Below, piece by piece: positions 49,439-60,423 of a stretch of DNA of 64,000 nucleotides. Each line of letters starts with the position of its first letter. Position 1 is the first letter of the stretch. Below the pieces are notes generated by a model, which saw only the letters and a list, made by a program, of their open reading frames with translations, ran no database searches and had not been told where the DNA came from. Origin of the DNA: an uncultured delta proteobacterium (GTDB taxonomy: Bacteria; Desulfobacterota; Syntrophia; Syntrophales; UBA2185); contig CAVSPA010000006.1 of the NCBI GenBank assembly GCA_963729715.1, positions 288,001-352,000 of the forward strand, in the 5' to 3' direction. Position numbers and translations under genes: made by a program.

Positions 49439-50166
49439 TTGCATTCATTTCCGATGTACATGGAAACATGCCTGCACTGGAGGCGGCGGTTGCCGATGCA
49501 ACGGCGCATGGCGTCGCTAGGATTATCTGTGCCGGCGATATAACGGGATACGGTCCTTTTCCGGAAGATGTCTGCCGTTTCCTCAGGAATCGGCGCATCC
49601 CCACGATAATCGGCAACTATGATCAAAAAGTGATCGATATGGTGAAGCAGGGCAAGTCCGCTGCCGAAGGAATGAAACCGAAAAAGAAAAAAATCCTTCA
49701 ATGGACCGTAGAAAATATCAGCCGTGAGACAGTACGCTATCTTTCCGGTTTGCCGGATCGCCTGAACCTGAAGCTTGCCGAAGGGCAGAGGCTCCTTGTC
49801 GTGCATGGCAGCCCCCTTTCAATTGACGACGCGATTTATCCGAGCATCACAAGGAGGGGACTGGAGGCAAAGCTTGGAGATGCACGTCCGGACATACTCG
49901 TTTGCGGGCATACGCATATCCCGTTTGTAAAACATATTCATCGAGTCCTTGTTGTAAATTGCAGCTCGACAGGACATCCGATTGACGGCGACCCGCGCCT
50001 CTCCTATGCGCTCGTAAACGCCAAACCCGGCGCCCTGCCGCGGGGACGTATCGTAAGGTTAGAGTATGACAGGGATAGGACAATCGAGGCGCTTGGCAAA
50101 ACCAGCATGCCGAAGGGACTGCAAAAGGATTTTGCAGAAGGAAATAAGAGGAGATTCCTGCAATGA
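49432..50166 (+). CDS. Calcineurin-like metallophosphoesterase
   Basis: SDVHGN, GD, GNYD, VHGSP, GHTH. Confidence 0.92.
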   Translation: MLIAFISDVHGNMPALEAAVADATAHGVARIICAGDITGYGPFPEDVCRFLRNRRIPTIIGNYDQKVIDMVKQGKSAAEGMKPKKKKILQWTVENISRETVRYLSGLPDRLNLKLAEGQRLLVVHGSPLSIDDAIYPSITRRGLEAKLGDARPDILVCGHTHIPFVKHIHRVLVVNCSSTGHPIDGDPRLSYALVNAKPGALPRGRIVRLEYDRDRTIEALGKTSMPKGLQKDFAEGNKRRFLQ

Positions 50167-51761
50167 TCAAGGGGAAGAAACCTGTGGAGATAGAACTGAA
50201 GCTCGTTCTCACCGGTAAGGACGCGGAGTCGGCAATTGTCGCTAAAATGCGCGAACACAATTACACAGTCACGGAACTCGACGAAGTAAGAAATGTTGAC
50301 ATCTATCTGGACACGTTTGACTGGCTGCTCATGAAGAGCAAGCTCGCGCTGCGATACCGCGTAACGGATGGTGCAGCGATGTACACAATCAAGAGCATCG
50401 AGACAATTGGAGGCGGGATCGCAAAAAGGATGGAAATGGAAGTGCCCCTCAAGGCGCCTGTCGATGCCCCAGCGGAGATTCATATAAAACAGATCACGGA
50501 ACGTATCGATCCTGTTATTTATCCACGGAAACTCCTCGAACATATTCAGATTCGCACGGCACGCCGGCGTTACCGTGTCCTTGCACCGAAAGGAACAGAA
50601 ATAGAGCTTGTCTTTGACGTTTCCAGCTTCACTTTGCTGGGCCTCTATAAGCGACAACGGGCGCAACAGCTCCAAGAGATGGAGGCGGAGATCATCGACG
50701 GTTCGGAGACCGCATTGAAGTCACTCGCGTTGCTTCTCACCCGTGAATTTCCCTATCAGCCGTCAACCGCATCGAAGCTGGAGGTTGCAATCGATCGTCT
50801 CAAGGTTGTGATCCCTTCAAAGAAGCCGCCTGAGAAACTCAGGGTTCGACTCGATGACCGTCTTGACCTTATCGTTCATAAAATTCTGCATTATCAATTT
50901 AACCGCTTTCGTGAACAAATTACCGGTGTAAAGCTTGATATAGATACGGAATTTGTGCATCAGGCTCGCGTTGCGACGCGGCGGATGCGTTCAGCTCTGC
51001 GTCTGTTTCGCTATGCGCTCCCTCACGCCACGGGCTCTTACCTTGAAGGCGAATTGAAATGGCTTGGCGAAACGTTCGGAGCTGTGCGCGATCTTGATGT
51101 TTTTCTTTTGAATCTATCCCTGTTCAGAGAGAGGATAAGATATTGTCCTGGAAAAAAGAAGAAGGTTTTTGAGGAGTGGATCGAGAAGCACCGCCGCACG
51201 CCGGTTAAAGTTCTCCAGCATGCACTTGAATCGCCTCGGTATGAAAGTTTTGAGCGGCGTCTTATTAGGTTCTTTGAAGGCCCTCTGCCCGCGCATCCAC
51301 GGGCGACGCAGGCACTGAAACTGGTGAGTGACATTGCCCCTATGATAATAACCGAAAAATTTCACAACGTCATTGAGCAGGGATGTGCCGTTCTCGAAAA
51401 CCCGAAACTTAAGGAGTTTCACCGTCTGAGAATCCAGATGAAGCGGCTCCGCTATACATGTGAATTCATGGCGCCTGCGTATGATGGCGCGCTTGACCCG
51501 TTTATTGACCGAACGGTCGAACTGCAAGACTGCCTTGGAGAGATCCAGGATACCGTTTTCACTAGGTCATTCATCGATTTCCTGCGAGATGAGTGGAAGG
51601 GGAAGATCGTTGACCCTGAGCTCTTGTTTATCTTAGGAGAGATCTATCAACTCCAAGCGGATATCGAACGAGATCGACGTGAAAGGTTTAGCAAGATATG
51701 GGAACAGTTTTCCTCCGAAGAAACGGTTGCTTTGCTTCGGGAAGCTGGCCTGTCCCCCTGA
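50163..51761 (+). CDS. CYTH-CHAD domain protein (triphosphatase/polyP-binding)
   Basis: EIELK, YLDT, LALRYR (CYTH); VHQARVATRRMRS, VRDLDV, HRLRIQMKRLRY, LQDCLGEIQD (CHAD). Confidence 0.92.
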   Translation: MIKGKKPVEIELKLVLTGKDAESAIVAKMREHNYTVTELDEVRNVDIYLDTFDWLLMKSKLALRYRVTDGAAMYTIKSIETIGGGIAKRMEMEVPLKAPVDAPAEIHIKQITERIDPVIYPRKLLEHIQIRTARRRYRVLAPKGTEIELVFDVSSFTLLGLYKRQRAQQLQEMEAEIIDGSETALKSLALLLTREFPYQPSTASKLEVAIDRLKVVIPSKKPPEKLRVRLDDRLDLIVHKILHYQFNRFREQITGVKLDIDTEFVHQARVATRRMRSALRLFRYALPHATGSYLEGELKWLGETFGAVRDLDVFLLNLSLFRERIRYCPGKKKKVFEEWIEKHRRTPVKVLQHALESPRYESFERRLIRFFEGPLPAHPRATQALKLVSDIAPMIITEKFHNVIEQGCAVLENPKLKEFHRLRIQMKRLRYTCEFMAPAYDGALDPFIDRTVELQDCLGEIQDTVFTRSFIDFLRDEWKGKIVDPELLFILGEIYQLQADIERDRRERFSKIWEQFSSEETVALLREAGLSP

Positions 51762-51905
51762 AACCAGTCCTGTTCTCACGGAAATATTTCAGCATAATTT
51801 TATTTCCCAGTGCAGATGACCCGCCTGCTATGGTTGTCTCACTAAAATATTTACCGTCCCGCACATCATATGCTTACGGGAGTGTTGTCAAGACTTTGAG
51901 CAAAA

Positions 51906-51959
51906 TTAGCAAAACCTTCATCATTCCTTAACGAATTTGAAACATTTTATATGTATTAT
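51906..51959 (+). promoter_or_regulatory. Putative Pho box + -10 upstream of pstS
   Basis: TTAGCA(51906) TTCATC(51917) TTAACG(51928) GAAACA(51939); TATTAT at 51954. Confidence 0.75.
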
Positions 51960-52111
51960 ACGGTCAAAGATAAGTTCCTTCATAATCGAAGCACCACAGA
52001 TTTATCTAATTTGATTGTAGGAGGGTCTTTTTTGCAGTCTTCGGGGCAAACGATGAAAAATATCCCCAAGAAATTTAGAAAATAAAGTAAAATTGAATGG
52101 AGGTTTCAGAA

Positions 52112-52963
52112 ATGGTAAAAAAATTGTTGGCGTTCGGTTTGATATGGCTGATTTTTGGTACAAATCTGGCAGTTGCCGCGGAAAACGTTGTCATCAAGGG
52201 ATCGACAACAGTTTTGCCCATCGCGCAGGGGGCATTGGAGGCCTACATGAAGGCGCATCCCGGAGTGAATATATCTCTTTCCGCTGGCGGCTCAGGAGAC
52301 GGGATCAAGGCCCTCATTGACAAGTCTACAGACATTGCAAACTCATCAAGAGAAATTAAGGACAGCGAAATTACCCTTGCCAAAGAGAAAGGAGTGAATC
52401 CTGTTGCTCACACGATTGCGATTGATGCGTTGACGCCTATTGTTCACCCGAAGAATAAAGTTAATGGACTGACAATTGATCAACTGAGTCAGATCTATCA
52501 GGGCAAGATCACAAACTGGAAAGAGGTCGGCGGCGAAGATCTCGCGATCATTGTTGTGTCGAGGGACAGCAGTTCAGGCACCTTTGAAGCTTGGGGACAT
52601 CTGGTTCTCCACAATGCGAAAGTGACTCCCAAGGCCCAATTACAGGCGTCAAACGGCGCAGTTGTTCAGGCGATTTCCAAGAACAGATATGCGATCGGAT
52701 ACGTGGGTATGGGTTACGTTAACAAGGCGGTTAAGGGATTGACCGTCAATGGGATTCCCGCTTCGGAAAAAACGGCCCTTTCCAAGAAGTATCCCATTGC
52801 AAGACCATTGTACATGTATACTAACGGGCAACCCGGAGGTGTTGTTGCCGACTTTATCAAGTTCGTGCTGAGTCCCGCCGGACAAAAACTGGTCGCCAAA
52901 GAGGGATTTATTCCTTTAGCGGGCGAGGCAAAAGAAAAACCGTCAAGAAAAGGCAAGAAATAA
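52112..52963 (+). CDS. pstS: Phosphate ABC transporter substrate-binding protein
   Basis: KGSTTVLP, GGSGDG, SRDSSSGT, YPIARPL; GGAGG RBS; first gene of the pst operon. Confidence 0.95.
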   Translation: MVKKLLAFGLIWLIFGTNLAVAAENVVIKGSTTVLPIAQGALEAYMKAHPGVNISLSAGGSGDGIKALIDKSTDIANSSREIKDSEITLAKEKGVNPVAHTIAIDALTPIVHPKNKVNGLTIDQLSQIYQGKITNWKEVGGEDLAIIVVSRDSSSGTFEAWGHLVLHNAKVTPKAQLQASNGAVVQAISKNRYAIGYVGMGYVNKAVKGLTVNGIPASEKTALSKKYPIARPLYMYTNGQPGGVVADFIKFVLSPAGQKLVAKEGFIPLAGEAKEKPSRKGKK

Positions 52964-52970
52964 AATATCG

Positions 52971-53858
52971 ATGTCCAGACATCTCAAGGAAGCCGTCATC
53001 AAGAGTATTTTTGCGTCTTTTGCATTCGTGTCTGTTCTTACTCTGGCGCTCATCGTTGTTTTCCTTTTCCGCGAGGGGATACCTATATTCAAGGAAATTT
53101 CCGTTACCGATTTCCTATTTGGAAAGGAATGGTATCCCACGTATGATCCTCCCTCTTACGGGATATGGCCTCTGATAATTGGATCCGCGGTTGTTACCAT
53201 ATTCTCCTGTCTGATTGCCGTTCCTATGGGGGTTCTTTCCGCTGTTTACATTTCTGAAATCGCGCCCGCTTCTATCAAAGACGTTACGAAGTCGATAATA
53301 GAACTCTTGGCAGGGATTCCCTCGGTAGTCCTTGGTTTCTTCGGTATGGTCGTAGTTGCCCCCTTTCTCCAGGAAACGTTTGATCTCCCGACGGGTCTTA
53401 ACATTTTGAATGCTTCCGTAATTCTGGCGATCATGGCAATACCTACAATTTCGAGCATCTCGGAGGATGCCCTTTATGCCGTGCCCCAGGAGTTCAAGGA
53501 AGCATCGTATGCCCTTGGTGCTACGAAATACGAAACTATAACTAAGGTCATCATGCCAGCTGCGCTCTCGGGAATTTCCACGGCCGTGATCCTCGGTATG
53601 GCAAGGGCTATTGGTGAAACTATGGTTGTGCTGATGGTGGCCGGTGGCGCGGCAGCCATTCCGGAAAGTATCTTTGATTCCGTTAGACCAATGCCGGCCT
53701 CCATTGCCGCGGAGATGGGGGAGGCACCCTTCGGCAGCGGGCATTACCATGCTCTTTTTGCCACTGGTATTGTCCTATTTTTTTTAACCCTGATTTTTAA
53801 TCTCATTGCCGATTATATTTCCCAGAAATTCAAAGAAGTGGGATCAGCTACACTGTAA
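52971..53858 (+). CDS. pstC: Phosphate ABC permease
   Basis: ELLAGIPSVV, EASYALGAT, RAIGETM. Confidence 0.95.
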   Translation: MSRHLKEAVIKSIFASFAFVSVLTLALIVVFLFREGIPIFKEISVTDFLFGKEWYPTYDPPSYGIWPLIIGSAVVTIFSCLIAVPMGVLSAVYISEIAPASIKDVTKSIIELLAGIPSVVLGFFGMVVVAPFLQETFDLPTGLNILNASVILAIMAIPTISSISEDALYAVPQEFKEASYALGATKYETITKVIMPAALSGISTAVILGMARAIGETMVVLMVAGGAAAIPESIFDSVRPMPASIAAEMGEAPFGSGHYHALFATGIVLFFLTLIFNLIADYISQKFKEVGSATL

Positions 53859-53879
53859 AGGGGAAAGGGAGTTTATCCT

Positions 53880-54758
53880 ATGCAGGATGCGCTGCAGACG
53901 TCAATGAAATTTCGATATTTCAAACAGCAGGTGTTTTTTACCGTCGTTAGCTTGTCGGCGCTGCTGATCGCGCTGGCTCTCGGCGGTCTTATTGCTTACA
54001 TCGTTGTCAATGGGATATCAGCCATCAGTTGGGATTTTCTCACGCTCCCGCCAACGGATTCCATGACAAAGGGCGGTATCATGCCTGCCATCTTAGGTAC
54101 ACTCTATCTCACGATCGGCGCAATAGCCGTTGCACTTCCTCTTGGCGTGGCTTCGGCAATCTATATCACTGAATATGCGAAACAAGGTAAATTTGTCAGG
54201 CTGGTCCGCATTGGCATAAATTGTTTAGCCGGAGTTCCTTCGGTTGTATTCGGATTGTTCGGACTCGGGTTCTTTGTTGTTTTTCTGCATTTTGGATCAT
54301 GCATTCTTTCCGGCGCGTTAACACTTGGCGTCCTCGTCCTGCCGACAATCATCGGGGCATCGGAAGAGGCCTTGAAATCAGTCCCACAAACGTTCCGGGA
54401 GGCCTCACTGTCCCTCGGGGTATCCAAATGGCAGACTATTTACAAGATTGTTTTGCCGACAGCATTGCCCGGGATACTGACAGGGTCGATCTTGGGCATC
54501 GGCAGGGCGGCAGGGGAAACAGCACCGATCATGTTTACTGCGGCGGCGTTCTTTACAGCGAAGCTGCCCGATTCCATTTTTGACGAAGTCATGGCTCTCC
54601 CCTACCACGTCTACGTACTTGCTACAGCGGGTACCCACATAGAACAGACGAGACCGATACAATATGGGACGGTGCTCGTTCTTGTTGGACTCGTTTTGGG
54701 AGTCGATCTCATTGCGATTGTCATCAGGAGTTATGTTAGGAAGAAAAAAAGGTGGTAA
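53880..54758 (+). CDS. pstA: Phosphate ABC permease
   Basis: [27 protein letters not shown]. Confidence 0.95.
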   Translation: MQDALQTSMKFRYFKQQVFFTVVSLSALLIALALGGLIAYIVVNGISAISWDFLTLPPTDSMTKGGIMPAILGTLYLTIGAIAVALPLGVASAIYITEYAKQGKFVRLVRIGINCLAGVPSVVFGLFGLGFFVVFLHFGSCILSGALTLGVLVLPTIIGASEEALKSVPQTFREASLSLGVSKWQTIYKIVLPTALPGILTGSILGIGRAAGETAPIMFTAAAFFTAKLPDSIFDEVMALPYHVYVLATAGTHIEQTRPIQYGTVLVLVGLVLGVDLIAIVIRSYVRKKKRW

Positions 54759-55522
54759 TTGTGGAAGGCAACAGTATAATCGAATTGCGGAATGTGAATT
54801 TTTTCTACGGAAAGGTTAGGGCATTGACCGACATCACTATGGATTTTGCGAAGAACCGGGTTACCGCCCTGATAGGCCCCTCCGGCTGTGGCAAGTCCAC
54901 ACTATTGAGGCTCCTCAATCGCATGAATGATCTCATTGATGGAACCAGGGTCGAGGGAGAAATTATTTTTGAAGGCGCAAATATTTATAATCCCGATGTC
55001 GATCCCGTCGACGTCCGGAGAAAGATCGGCATGGTTTTTCAAAAGCCCAATCCGTTTCCGAAGTCGATATTCAGCAATATAGCTTATGCCCCGAGACTTG
55101 CGGGGATTAATAAGAGAAATGATCTGGAATTACTCGTTGAAGAGAGCCTGAAACAGGCAGTCCTATGGGAAGAGGTGAAAGATATTCTGGATAAATCTGC
55201 CATGACGCTCTCGGGGGGGCAGCAGCAGCGCCTGTGCATCGCCAGAGCCCTCGCTATGAAACCGGATATAGTCCTCATGGATGAACCGACATCAGCGCTC
55301 GATCCTATATCAACAGCAAAAATTGAAGAGTTGATCAACGAATTGAGGAAGAAATATACCATTATCATTGTTACACATAATATGCAGCAGGCAGCCCGCG
55401 TTTCATCGAAAGCTGGTTTCTTCTATTTAGGGAAGCTTATCGAATATAACGCCACGGAAAAAATCTTTACCAATCCGGATGTGAAACAGACGGAAGACTA
55501 TATTACAGGGAGATTTGGCTGA
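54752..55522 (+). CDS. pstB: Phosphate ABC ATPase
   Basis: [32 protein letters not shown]. Confidence 0.97.
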   Translation: MVIVEGNSIIELRNVNFFYGKVRALTDITMDFAKNRVTALIGPSGCGKSTLLRLLNRMNDLIDGTRVEGEIIFEGANIYNPDVDPVDVRRKIGMVFQKPNPFPKSIFSNIAYAPRLAGINKRNDLELLVEESLKQAVLWEEVKDILDKSAMTLSGGQQQRLCIARALAMKPDIVLMDEPTSALDPISTAKIEELINELRKKYTIIIVTHNMQQAARVSSKAGFFYLGKLIEYNATEKIFTNPDVKQTEDYITGRFG

Positions 55523-55636
55523 TCGGGGAATTGCAAAATTTTTCCCCGGCTGCGCAAGGATGAGGCGAAATGACAGAGTAGAAATTTCCGGGAACGATAA
55601 ATTGCTGAAGATGATTTAAAGGTATGGAGATTACAG

Positions 55637-56329
55637 ATGGATGAAAAAATGCATACAAGTACCCACTACGACAAAGAGCTCCGCGAGGTCAAGGAGGGTC
55701 TCATTTATTTAGGAGCACTAGTAGAAAAGGCAATTGAACTTGCAACGGAGGCCCTTGTGGATAGGAATACAGAGCTGGCCCGCAAGGTAGTATGCGATGA
55801 TAATGTCATAGATCAGCTTGATGTGGAAATCGAGGAAAAGTGTATCCGCATGCTGGCTTTAAGGCAGCCGACAGCGAAGGACCTGAGGTTCATCACGACA
55901 GCTATTAAGATAAATGGTCATCTGGAGAGGATAGGCGACATGGCGGCAAACATCGCTGAGAAGTCGATTATCTTAAGTGAAGAGCCACCAATGAAGCCTT
56001 ATATCGATATTCCCCGGATGGCGGAGATTGCCCGTCGAATGATAAAGGAGAGCCTCGATGCCCTCGTGAAGGAGGATACTGATCTGGCGCGCAAGGTCCG
56101 GATGGAGGATGAAACTATGGATAACCTCAATGAGCAGATTTTCCGAGAACTCCTCACCTTCATGCTGGAAGATCCCAAGAAGATACACAGGGCTCTCATA
56201 ATCATGCAGATTTCCAAGAGACTCGAGCGTATATCCGATCATGCCGTGGGTATTGCAGACATGGTCATGTATATGGTGACGGGAAAAATTATTAGGCACG
56301 AATCAACCACCTGTCAGGCTTCGGAGTGA
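55637..56329 (+). CDS. phoU: Phosphate signalling protein PhoU
   Basis: QPTAKDLR, LERIGD, LERISDH. Confidence 0.95.
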   Translation: MDEKMHTSTHYDKELREVKEGLIYLGALVEKAIELATEALVDRNTELARKVVCDDNVIDQLDVEIEEKCIRMLALRQPTAKDLRFITTAIKINGHLERIGDMAANIAEKSIILSEEPPMKPYIDIPRMAEIARRMIKESLDALVKEDTDLARKVRMEDETMDNLNEQIFRELLTFMLEDPKKIHRALIIMQISKRLERISDHAVGIADMVMYMVTGKIIRHESTTCQASE

Positions 56330-56333
56330 CCGA

Positions 56334-58097
56334 TTGAAGAACCGCCTATTATACAGGATTTCCGCCGGCTATGTCGCGCTGATACTCGTAACCGCCATAG
56401 TCATGGGATTGATGTATGCCCGGCAGATCAAGACTGAATTAATAGACGGGATTAAGAATGACCTGATTGCTCAAGCACGAATCGCCGCATTATTAGGGAT
56501 TAGCGATATAGCAAGGAACTCGTCACATCTGGCCGATATATCCCGCTCCCGTGTTACCCTGATTGATGCCACGGGCCGGGTCAAAGCGGATTCAGAGAAA
56601 GACTTGGGGCAGATGGATAGTCACCTGAACCGGCCGGAAATACAGGAAGCGAGGATCAAGGGACAGGGGGATGCTATTCGTTACAGCCGTACACTTGGTG
56701 TAGACATGCTCTACATCGCCTTTCCGGTTACAGAAGGCTCTGAAGTTACGGGTTACATACGATTTGCCCGCCCGCTATTCGAAGTTAGAAAATCCATTGA
56801 TCAGCAGTACACCTATATTTATAAGTGTCTGCTGATCGCCATCATTCCTGCCTTCATCATCGCATTTCTTTTGGCGAGAAAACTGATATCGCCAATCGAG
56901 AAAGTAATTTCATATACACACAAGGTTTGTAGCGGTGAGGCATCAGGAACACTTCTGATTGAGTCAAATGATGATGTCGGGCAACTGGAAAAAGACATCA
57001 ATCGCATGGTGCTTGAAAATCAGGAAAGGGTGAGGGTTGCCGATCAGGAGAAGGCGAAACTTGAAGCGGCCTTTGCCAGCATGACGGAGGGAGTTCTTGT
57101 AATCAACAATCAGAACCGCATCGAGTTTCTCAACAAGAGTCTGGAAACGATCCTCGGGGACGAAGGCATCACTGACATCCTGGATAAGACGCCGCTTGAG
57201 GCATTCAGGAATGTGGAGCTGCAGGATGCACTTGACTCATTCAGAGAATCCGGAGGACCTGTGTTCCGTGAGATCAGCCTCGGACAGGAAGCGCCGGTTA
57301 TCCTCGATGTCACCATATCAGCCATTCATGGACTGCCGGAAGGGAAACAAAAGACGATGATGGTATTTCACGACGTCACGCGTCTTAAGAAACTGGAAAA
57401 GATACGAGAGGACTTCGTGGCTAATGTTACCCACGAGATCAAGACACCACTTACGGCAATCATAGGATTTATTGAGACCCTTGAGGACGGCGCCATCAAT
57501 GACGAAGCAACGGCGAAAAAATTTCTTCACATAGTTTCCGAGAATGCCCATCGCCTTGGAAGGCTGGTGGATGATCTGCTGGTTCTTTCCAGCATCGAGC
57601 TGGGAGAGATGAAATTGAGGATCGAAAATATCTCCGTAGCCGATGCCATCGAGAACGTGTTGTCCATGTTCGAGACGAAAGCGGCGGATAAATCCCTCGC
57701 TATTGATAAAAATATTTCCGATAGACTCCCTTTCATCAAGGTAGACAGGGATAAATTCGCACAGATTCTTGTGAACATCCTCGATAATGCCATCAAATTT
57801 ACGCCAAGTGGCGGAAAGATTTACATTTCTGCGCGCCAAGATGAAAATGGTTTTGTGGTCATCAAAGTGATCGACACGGGGGTAGGTATACCAAAAAATG
57901 AAATTCCCAGGCTTGGAGAACGGTTCTATCGGGTGGACAAGGCACGTTCGCGGGAGTTGGGAGGCACCGGTCTGGGTTTGTCAATAGTGAAACATCTCAT
58001 GAAGGCCCATAAAGGCAGCATCGATATCGAAAGTCAGGTGGGAAGAGGTACAACGATTTCTCTCACTTTTCCCCAGAATGGGATCCCGAAAACATAA
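56334..58097 (+). CDS. phoR: Phosphate regulon sensor kinase
   Basis: TM-sensor-TM-HAMP-PAS; FVANVTHEIKTP; ERFYRVDKARSR, GGTGLGL; follows phoU. Confidence 0.92.
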   Translation: MKNRLLYRISAGYVALILVTAIVMGLMYARQIKTELIDGIKNDLIAQARIAALLGISDIARNSSHLADISRSRVTLIDATGRVKADSEKDLGQMDSHLNRPEIQEARIKGQGDAIRYSRTLGVDMLYIAFPVTEGSEVTGYIRFARPLFEVRKSIDQQYTYIYKCLLIAIIPAFIIAFLLARKLISPIEKVISYTHKVCSGEASGTLLIESNDDVGQLEKDINRMVLENQERVRVADQEKAKLEAAFASMTEGVLVINNQNRIEFLNKSLETILGDEGITDILDKTPLEAFRNVELQDALDSFRESGGPVFREISLGQEAPVILDVTISAIHGLPEGKQKTMMVFHDVTRLKKLEKIREDFVANVTHEIKTPLTAIIGFIETLEDGAINDEATAKKFLHIVSENAHRLGRLVDDLLVLSSIELGEMKLRIENISVADAIENVLSMFETKAADKSLAIDKNISDRLPFIKVDRDKFAQILVNILDNAIKFTPSGGKIYISARQDENGFVVIKVIDTGVGIPKNEIPRLGERFYRVDKARSRELGGTGLGLSIVKHLMKAHKGSIDIESQVGRGTTISLTFPQNGIPKT

Positions 58098-58111
58098 AAA
58101 TGAGAAAAAAC

Positions 58112-58165
58112 TGAAGGGGAAAGAGTCTTTTTTACTAAAAAAATGCTCTTTTCCCTCATTTTTTT
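58112..58165 (+). terminator. Terminator-like hairpin after phoR
   Basis: Imperfect inverted repeat GGGGAAAGAG...CTCTTTTCCC followed by a T run. Confidence 0.5.
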
Positions 58166-58297
58166 GATAAATCTGTTCAAAACGTCTTGACATGAGGGAA
58201 TTTGTGTATATTTTACAGCCAAACTGATCAACGGATATAATTCCCTGACAAAAAATATCAAAAAACATTAAAAATTAAGGAAAGGAGAGATGAGGTC

Positions 58298-58588
58298 ATG
58301 AAGATTAGGCCATTACAGGATCGCGTGATTATCAAGAGGTTAGAGGAAGAACAGAAAACAAAAGGCGGGATTATTATCCCCGACACGGCCAAGGAAAAGC
58401 CAATAGAGGGCGAGGTTGTAGCCGTAGGCAAGGGAAAGACCACAGAAGACGGTAAGCTGGTAAAGCCCGACGTCAAAGCGGGAGATAGGATTCTCTTCAG
58501 TAAGTATGCCGGTACGGAAGTCAAGATCGACGGCGTAGAACATCTCATCATGAGAGAAGACGATATATTGGGAATCATTGAAAAGTAA
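58298..58588 (+). CDS. groES: Co-chaperonin GroES
   Basis: [29 protein letters not shown]. Confidence 0.98.
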   Translation: MKIRPLQDRVIIKRLEEEQKTKGGIIIPDTAKEKPIEGEVVAVGKGKTTEDGKLVKPDVKAGDRILFSKYAGTEVKIDGVEHLIMREDDILGIIEK

Positions 58589-58616
58589 TAATATGATCAT
58601 AAGGAGGATATGTTAG

Positions 58617-60251
<1,635 letters not shown>

Positions 60252-60277
60252 GAGGTTCTTAATCTTATCTTATTGTG

Positions 60278-60312
60278 AAAAAGCCCCCTGTTTTACGGCA
60301 GGGGGCTTTTTT
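60278..60312 (+). terminator. Intrinsic terminator after groEL
   Basis: AAAAAGCCCCCTG-loop-CAGGGGGCTTTTTT. Confidence 0.9.
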
Positions 60313-60423
60313 AGTTCTGCTTGAAAGAGGTTAGTTTCTGTGATAGCCTCTCCGACTACCAATTTGCCCATAACTATATTAATCATATAAAATCATTGAT
60401 TATGAAGAGTTGAGGATTTCAGC

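Noticed and set aside
58166..58297. Expected CIRCE upstream of groES
   Set aside because: None visible; only TTGACA (58187) with a weak -10
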